In this document: positions 26,168 through 29,104 of the stretch, piece by piece
Position numbering within the stretch: position 1 is the stretch's first letter
Layout of the letters: each line of letters opens with the position of its first letter
Source: a virus
Taxonomy: Duplodnaviria > Caudoviricetes
IMG/VR virus record: IMGVR_UViG_3300000756_000004
Location: 1 to 29,104 of that record
DNA: 29,104 bases
Strand: one strand, 5' to 3'
The notes under the pieces: model-generated
What the model was told of the DNA's origin: nothing
Database searches by the model: none
Seen by the model: only the letters and a program-made list of their open reading frames with translations
Made by a program: the position numbers and the translations under genes

Positions 26168-26540
26168 TGCGTTTTATCTTAGCTTTCTTGGTGGCCTTCT
26201 TTAAGCCTGCCTTGGCTTCATTCACTTTGCCCTTCATCTTAGCTTCTAGAAATTGCAGGGTATAATTTAGGATCTCAGGGCTGGCAAAGCCTGCAATGCC
26301 ACAGATGCACACCCTGAGATTTTCACTCTGCACATAATCCCTTGCAGCAAAGTTAACAAAATAAGCAGTGACCATAGCAGCTGCACCTGAGCGCAGCATA
26401 TAGCCCCAGGATGGCCGATCTGTGCTGAGCAGCTGGCGCGCAATCATAGCAGCACCCCCAAGCATTGCACTGATGACACCCTGCTTTAGTGCCTCATCCC
26501 CTGTGATACTTTCAAAGCCTGTGGATGGTGCTGCGCTCAT
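26154..26540 (-). CDS. Putative holin (128 aa)
   Basis: About three hydrophobic helices, GIAGFASPEIL, highly basic C-terminal tail. Confidence 0.6.
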   Translation of the reverse strand: MSAAPSTGFESITGDEALKQGVISAMLGGAAMIARQLLSTDRPSWGYMLRSGAAAMVTAYFVNFAARDYVQSENLRVCICGIAGFASPEILNYTLQFLEAKMKGKVNEAKAGLKKATKKAKIKRNARK

Positions 26541-27322
26541 TGTTCAGTGGGGGTAGGTGGCTCAGTAGATTTGCTGATGTCTGTCTCTACCTTTGCACCT
26601 GGAGTCAGTAGGGCTTTGACCATCACCCAGGTCTTTACCCCTAGCACCAGGAGTGCCTGCAAGCTGGCCAGCCCCAGGGTGACACCAATTACCCAGGGGA
26701 AATAAGTGCTTTCAATTACCCAGGGCAGGGCAGATGTGAGCGCGCCACCCAGGATCACCAAAGCAGCAGACCACTTTGACACCCCAATGAAGTGGCCAAA
26801 GGCCAGCAGGCCGACACCCAGGGCAAGCATAGCTGCACCCAGGCCAGCCAGGATCAGCACCCTTTTCTCTTTGGCAGCAGCATCCAGCTCCAGCTGCTTA
26901 TCATCACAGTGCTGCTTCAAGGCTGAGATCTCCAGCTGTGCCTGCTTCTGCTGGGCTTCCATCTTTGTCCAAAGGCCATCAAGCTCACCCTTGAGCTTCT
27001 GCCCATAGGCCACTGCCTCAGCTATGGCTTTGGGATCAGCAGCCTGCGCGCGCTGCCTGGCAAATGCCACATCACCTTCTGGGGCATTGGGCAAATAGGC
27101 TGCAGCAATAGACAGCTCAGCTTCCACCTTGGCAGGCTGGCCTTCCTTATTGGCTTCCCTGGCTACCTGGACAGAAGCAGCCACCCTGTGATCAGCTTTG
27201 TCCAGCTTATCACCAAAGACCTGGGTGGTCTGCTCACCTGGTTCAGCCTGGGGTGTTGGCAGATCTGGCTTGGGGTGGCAGGATTGGAACAAAGCCAGCA
27301 GGCCAATCAGTGCCAGGCGCAT
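26537..27322 (-). CDS. Lipoprotein with coiled coil and C-terminal TM helices, spanin-like (261 aa)
   Basis: MRLALIGLLALFQS-C lipoprotein-like signal, Pro-rich linker, helical core, about three TM segments. Confidence 0.55.
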   Translation of the reverse strand: MRLALIGLLALFQSCHPKPDLPTPQAEPGEQTTQVFGDKLDKADHRVAASVQVAREANKEGQPAKVEAELSIAAAYLPNAPEGDVAFARQRAQAADPKAIAEAVAYGQKLKGELDGLWTKMEAQQKQAQLEISALKQHCDDKQLELDAAAKEKRVLILAGLGAAMLALGVGLLAFGHFIGVSKWSAALVILGGALTSALPWVIESTYFPWVIGVTLGLASLQALLVLGVKTWVMVKALLTPGAKVETDISKSTEPPTPTEQ

Positions 27323-27326
27323 TGGC

Positions 27327-27464
27327 TTATTTCTTAACAGCAGCCAGCACAGCCTTGGCCTTTTCTTCAGCAGCCTTTAGCTTGGTGGTATTGTTTCGAT
27401 AGACCAGGATGCCTGTGGCCGCGCCTAAGAGGTAACAGGTGACAGATGTGATGAGCAGGATCAT
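27327..27464 (-). CDS. Small membrane protein (45 aa)
   Basis: MILLITSVTCYLLGAATGILVYRNN... with a basic tail; CCTATG start. Confidence 0.6.
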   Translation of the reverse strand: MILLITSVTCYLLGAATGILVYRNNTTKLKAAEEKAKAVLAAVKK

Positions 27465-27471
27465 AGGTGGT

Positions 27472-27648
27472 TTAGGTGAGGTTTGAATTGAGTAATGTCT
27501 GCAGGGCACTTTCTGTGCTGGCTGAGTAAATTGTTACATCATCAATGTGGGTAAGGGTATGCCCTTCCAAAACCTTACCAATCACAGTGGCTTTATTATC
27601 ATAAATAAAACCAATGAAACAATCAGTGGCTGCTGTATATGTGTTCAT
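27472..27648 (-). CDS. Small protein after the tail fibre (58 aa), not in the ORF track
   Basis: MNTYTAATDCFIGFIYDNK...NSNLT; starts 2 nt after the fibre stop. Confidence 0.6.
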   Translation of the reverse strand: MNTYTAATDCFIGFIYDNKATVIGKVLEGHTLTHIDDVTIYSASTESALQTLLNSNLT

Positions 27649-27650
27649 AA

Positions 27651-29104
27651 TTAGATTACAGAAAATGCTGAGTCACCAGATGAGTCCACTACTCTGATTT
27701 TAAAGGCGTGGGCTGTGTTTGAGGACATACCTGTGAAATAGACAGTGCTGCCAGAGTGAATTAATGATGCGTTATAAGCACTTGTGCTGGCATTTAGAAT
27801 ACCCCAATTACCCACCCCAATATTCACAATCATTCTTGGGATTGTAGCCCCCCAGCCAAAATACAAAGCAGCACTTGTTCTGTCCAGAGCCACCACTTCT
27901 GAGGCAATGATGTTTGCCTTAATCTTATTTGGTTCAGCTACTGCCCTAGTGACATAGAAGGTGGATGCAATGGATGTGTCATTTACTGTTGCAGCTTGGG
28001 TGGGGGCTTGGGGATACCCTGTCAAAGTAGGGCTGGCAGTGTTTGCCTTCAGTGCCAATGCAGTGTCAACTTGTGCAATGCTGTAAACGCTAAGATTGGT
28101 GCGCGCTGTAGAAGTGCTGACCAGCTCAGATAGATTATTTGCCTGGCGCAGATAACGGCCATCAGCACTAGACTCAGTTAAGGCTGGCTCTAAAGGTGAC
28201 AAGCTTAGTGCGCCTTCATCAATCACTGCGGATTTTAAAGTGCAGGGAATTTGCAGCACTGTCAGGGTATCAGTGCCATCAGCAATTTCCACTTCCAGGG
28301 TGGTCTGTATGCTTTCAGCACCATCAAGGTAGCTGATGGCATTGGCCGTATTCATATCCAAATTACCTTCAAAGCCAGCAAAGGAAAGCAGGCCAGAGCT
28401 GCCACCTGTCAGACCAGACGCGCCAGGCTGCACCCTTACAGTGATATCATAGGCATAAGCCCCCACCTGTTGCACAGTAACAAGATCCAGCAGGGCATCT
28501 TTGCTCAGTGCGTTTTGCACTTCCAGGGCAGTGCTGCCTACAGCCAGGGAAATTGTGCTTACATCTGTGCCTGTGTTTGCATCAAAGGCCAGGGTGAATG
28601 TGCCACCCTTAGGATCAGGGCTGATGCTTGCGCGGAAAGTGGCGCGCGATCCATCCCAGGCAGACAGGGTAGCTGTGGTAATGGTGCTGGCTGTAGTGGC
28701 TGAGAAGCTAAGTGCCAAAGCAGCCACATTCTTTTGAAGATGCACCAGCACGATCTCAGGCTGGCTTCCATCACCTTCCTGTAAGACAGAAATGCCAACA
28801 GTGCTAAGAGGGATGAGCGCACTGCCATTACCTGTGAAAGCAGCCCTGCTTCCATTGCTCACAAATTTGATAGAATAATTGTCACCAATCTTGCTAACAG
28901 TAACCCCACCAGCTGTAGAGATAGAGGAAAGCAAATTGAGCTTTGTCTCCATAAAAGCTGCTGTCACATTGTGATCAAAGGCAAAGCTGGTATCACCCCC
29001 AAAGGTCAGGGTGAAATGGCCAGCTGTGGGGCTTTCATCAATAGCACCAATGGCCACCTTAATCCCTGGAGATCCAAGGCCAGCCACTTCCTGGCGGGGG
29101 TATG
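27651..29104 (-). CDS. Tail fibre protein, 3' part (same gene as 1-1524)
   Basis: 478-aa ORF open to the window end. Confidence 0.75.
   Translation of the reverse strand, partial: YPRQEVAGLGSPGIKVAIGAIDESPTAGHFTLTFGGDTSFAFDHNVTAAFMETKLNLLSSISTAGGVTVSKIGDNYSIKFVSNGSRAAFTGNGSALIPLSTVGISVLQEGDGSQPEIVLVHLQKNVAALALSFSATTASTITTATLSAWDGSRATFRASISPDPKGGTFTLAFDANTGTDVSTISLAVGSTALEVQNALSKDALLDLVTVQQVGAYAYDITVRVQPGASGLTGGSSGLLSFAGFEGNLDMNTANAISYLDGAESIQTTLEVEIADGTDTLTVLQIPCTLKSAVIDEGALSLSPLEPALTESSADGRYLRQANNLSELVSTSTARTNLSVYSIAQVDTALALKANTASPTLTGYPQAPTQAATVNDTSIASTFYVTRAVAEPNKIKANIIASEVVALDRTSAALYFGWGATIPRMIVNIGVGNWGILNASTSAYNASLIHSGSTVYFTGMSSNTAHAFKIRVVDSSGDSAFSVI
27738..29104. repeat. Terminal direct repeat, right copy (circular overlap)
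   Basis: Matches 1-1367 wherever compared, and the duplicated ORF translations are identical. Confidence 0.97.

Noticed and set aside
514-28737. All plus-strand ORFs in the track
   Set aside because: They are antisense shadows of tightly packed minus-strand genes, with no recognisable motifs.
27738-29104. 1,367-bp terminal repeat as a biological DTR or duplicated tail-fibre gene
   Set aside because: The copies appear identical and the repeat cuts through a gene. A GpA-type terminase suggests ends near terS. It is most likely assembly overlap of a circular or concatemeric sequence.
1-29104. Prophage, lysogeny module, diversity-generating retroelement or alternative genetic code
   Set aside because: No integrase, host genes, reverse transcriptase or TR/VR pair was seen, and genes tile the genome under the standard code.

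Overview
This window is an apparently complete small tailed-phage genome. The unit length is 27,737 bp, and bases 1-1367 are repeated at 27738-29104, splitting the tail-fibre gene. Every credible gene is on the minus strand. Gene order along that strand: lysis-type membrane genes (lipoprotein/spanin-like, holin-like); small early genes behind a sigma70-like promoter; ATP-dependent DNA ligase; lytic transglycosylase; RuvC-like resolvase; tRNA-Thr(UGU); ERF annealing protein; short C5-cytosine methyltransferase; exonuclease VIII-like nuclease; SSB-like protein; DnaB-N/AAA_25 helicase; HTH proteins; a lambda-like head module (TerS, GpA-type TerL, gpW-like, portal, S49 protease, scaffold, capsid); and a short siphovirus-type tail module. 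I found no integrase, polymerase or primase. The most unusual signals are non-coding. (1) CpG and several palindromes (CATG, GTAC, CCGG, ACGT) are strongly avoided genome-wide, with CG surviving mainly in GCGC/GATC/GGCC contexts and in the capsid gene. (2) A 15-bp motif, TTGACCTTTGGTGCA, sits just before late-gene starts. (3) A 13-bp operator-like word lies in the spacer of both sigma70-like promoters. (4) Several accessory genes are bracketed by direct repeats that contain the stop/start junction, like swappable cassettes. All product calls come from motif recognition and synteny by eye; no database searches were run.
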